A stretch of DNA of 64,000 bases. Origin: the human T2T-CHM13v2.0 reference genome, Homo sapiens. Below are positions 59,461-64,000 of this stretch, piece after piece. The notes under the pieces are model-generated. The model was not told the DNA's origin, searched no databases, and worked only from the letters and a program-made list of their open reading frames with translations. The position numbers and the translations under genes were made by a program. Where the stretch lies: the NCBI RefSeq assembly GCF_009914755.1, contig NC_060947.1. One strand, written 5' to 3'. Position 1 is the first letter of the stretch, and every line of letters starts with the position of its first letter.

Positions 59461-59772
59461 TGGCTAGCAAGATTGTGTAGCACAGTTCTGATTATTTTTT
59501 AAAAAATAGCAAACATGATGATCTTCTGATTTATTTAATGTCTACAAGTGTCTTGTAATGTTATTTTAAATTAACATGGTTCAGTCTGGATGCCAATATT
59601 TGATAGATATTAGTTAGCCATTACAGGTTGGGTCAGCTACAATTCTTACTGTGGATAAACAGTAGTATTAATACAATGCATAATGGTATTAATAACACTA
59701 GAAATTGTAGTGTGACTGGGTATAATGGTTGCTGCTGAGAGCCTATGAAACTTCATCTACATGAGTCCATTA

Positions 59773-60106
<334 letters not shown>

Positions 60107-61984
60107 TTATTTTTTTATTGACAAGCAGATTATATATTAATGAGGTAAAGTGTGGTATTTTGAACCATGGAACTTTTATACTGTACAACAACCTTGCAAG
60201 GGAGAGACCACTGCCTTCTACATCTAAGGAAAGAGTCTGAGGAAACGCTAGCTGACTTTCTCAAGGCAGAGGTAGAGGAAAGTTGTTAGCTCCTGTCTGT
60301 CTCTGGCTGCGATCTACATTCTTTCCAATGCCAGCATTCCGCTTCCATTATGGGCATGTTTCATCTTTTTAATCCTCTCTTTTGGGTAACAGAGAATAGC
60401 ATTTGTTACTCCATTAAAAAAAAAAATCTTAAAACAATATTTTTCCATTCCTCAGGTAGGAAGATAACATTTATGCATTTATGACTTTTACTGGAAGAAA
60501 AAGAACTCAAAGAATATTTCAACTTTTTGCCTAAAATTGTATCTACTTGTATGAAATGCACTCACTGAAATGATCATTGCAGTGCCTGCTGTGTATTTTA
60601 TTTGATCATCTTTTTAAATATCTGGATGCCAAAGGTTTAAAAACATTTTTTCAAGACCGATAATAGGAGTTTCCTGCAAGCAAAAAGTAAATGCCGCCTA
60701 GCTGTTTTCAAGAGGACAATAGTAAATGCAAGATCCATGATAAAAACCAACGCAGTCACATTTTAAAGTCTCTATCGTCCTGTAAAATCGGCAAACTTGG
60801 CACATTTCATTCCATCAAATGAAAGGGGGTCTGTAGTGTGCTTGGCTGTTCCACACTAGCTCATTGGAGGAATGTAAATAGACCGGCATAGAGATGCTAA
60901 ATCGCTTCTTTTATTTCTTCCCCACCAATTTTACAGCTCTCTGTTATCTTATGACTTTTAAAAACTCTCCATAACAAAAAGTAGACTTAACAATTTTTCA
61001 ATTAGTTTTTTTTTCCTCTAAAAAAAGTGTGTATACTTTCCAGGCTAATTTGCAAGATGTGCAATTGATTCACGAAGGGACAAAACTGATAAAAAAAAAA
61101 TCATAGTGTAGAGTTGCTTGATACAACTGAGCTTTAGGGGGAAAAGGAGATCAATTTATTTTGAAACTCTATCTTATCAGACACATCAATTCATCACGCA
61201 TGCAACAGAATATTGTGTGGTTCCAGCAAAGCAAGAATTTTCTTGATGCCCACTGCTTCCCTCAGAAAAGCATGCCCAAGCTTTCTTCCGTGTGGCCGTG
61301 CTACAGGCAGTGCACACACTGCTCCCTTTGAAGAGGGCCTGTGCAATGCCCTCACACATACTTTCCTCCTTCCACCTCTTTGTCAGAATGAACCTTTTGT
61401 AAAACATCAAGAAGCACAATTTCCTGTTTCCAACACTAGTAGCCAAAGCAACTATCCAGCGCCTCTGAAAACTATTCAGTGAAGCGTGCAATTACTGCTA
61501 TGCAAAAGTTCAGAGACATTATTCCGCCAAGATGTGGCTCACAGAAAACTACAAAAAATATAGGAAATAAAGCCAACGACATAATAAGTTTTTTGACACT
61601 AAAAGGTTTTTTGGTGGTGTTTATTTTCTTTAATGCAGAAACCAACCTGGAATTTTGAGTTCTTTATCAATGTTTCAAAAGATACAACTTTAGCAACACC
61701 TGTGACTGATTTGCATTTCAAAGTAAGAAATGCATTTCTCTTAGGGTTTCTTACAACACCTCTTAGGGTTTCTCAGCAATTCACCACCTTTTAGGGCTTC
61801 TTACAGGTTAATGTTTTCACATAGGAAAAAAAAAAACCCACTCAAAATGAAATGAAGTCATCTGATTGAAAAGAAAATATTCTTGGCCATATTTGAAGAA
61901 AACATTTTCAGTCATATTTCTTGTTTGACAGACCTCCTTTAGTCCATCTTATTTTGCTTTTTATTTTAATTAATTTATTACTAG

Positions 61985-62292
<308 letters not shown>

Positions 62293-62554
62293 TTCATTTT
62301 GTTTTGTATTTCATATTGTATCATAATCACACTGGAACCAATATACACATCTCTCTCATGGCTAACTTGTTAAAAACTTTATCTTCTATACCATTTTAAT
62401 GCATTTTTGCCTGGAAAACAAATGTTTTTACATAGGTCTTAGGAATATTATTCACAAACTAACCAACACCAGGAAAGGCCATCTCAGAAGGTACTGAAAT
62501 CTGACTCTGAAGATGTATAATTTTCCAACCTACAATTAGAAGAAGATGAATGAT

Positions 62555-62914
<360 letters not shown>

Positions 62915-63450
62915 TTAGCCTTTAATCGTAGATCATCAATGGACAAAAGTCAACTAACAGCTAAGTTTCCCTGCATGCAAATGCAATGGAACCAAAACAA
63001 CAGATCTTCCAAAGGCTCAACATAATCAGTTAGAGAATTGGATAAAATCTTTTCCTCCACACAATATACTGATTCATACAATGACACAATCAGAAAAGAA
63101 AGCTAAGATCTATGGCCATTCCCAACTATAATATCACCAAATATGTGTTCATTGTACAGGTCTATGTAGACAAACATACATTCATTGAACTCCAAGGGAG
63201 AAACATGCTATAAATAAAATTTCATTTCATCTTTAAGATCTTAAAGTCTGCATTGGTTTGAGAAGGGATTCATGACCATGTTGCACAAAGGTAGTAAAAG
63301 GAATAAACATATCCAATCACATAAAGTAAATACCGTGAAGTGGAATTAACCAGGAACTGGAATAACAGGATTCAAATCCACGAGCCCCGTCAAAACGAGA
63401 AGTGGACTTTTCATGTTTCCTCTTGCTCAGTCATTCACATGATGAAATCA

Positions 63451-63687
<237 letters not shown>

Positions 63688-64000
63688 TCACTGATTTCCC
63701 TATTTTGACTTGAATTAAGCACATTTATTTTTATGGATGATATGACCCTTGATAAGAGTGTCTAAGGAAAATGATCAATGCTATTACGTTTTCTATTTAT
63801 GGAAATGGTATTTTAAGAAGCATACAGACATTTAGCGTACTCTGCTCATCTAAGCTTCTATATATATATCTAAAGCACTAAAAGAAATGGTTTTAGGTAA
63901 AGTACACATTTCCTAAATTTTGCTCAAACCCTAAAATGTGATTTAAATTGAATAAACACATGGGACCCTTGATGAAATATATTTTATCTTCTAATTAAGT

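Overview
This is primate (very likely human) genomic DNA. It is almost entirely one large, repeat-rich intron of a neuroligin-4 gene transcribed on the minus strand. The only well-supported coding sequence is a 153-nt phase-1/phase-1 exon at 63608-63456, encoding [52 protein letters not shown]. The DIHDQ motif and the strand favour NLGN4X over NLGN4Y, from recall. The rest is Alu, L1, L2/MIR, MaLR/ERV LTRs, MER DNA transposons and microsatellites, and nearly all ORF-track entries are repeat-derived or chance. I see no new multi-gene system. The most interesting structure is at 36.1-38.5 kb, where a ~210-bp direct duplication brackets a nested MER50/ERV1 LTR stack. Each copy carries an in-frame candidate alternative terminal exon (acceptor, 27 codons, stop, polyA signal) that would give a truncated, membrane-anchorless neuroligin-4. 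Repeat family names come from recalled consensus sequences and their boundaries are approximate.
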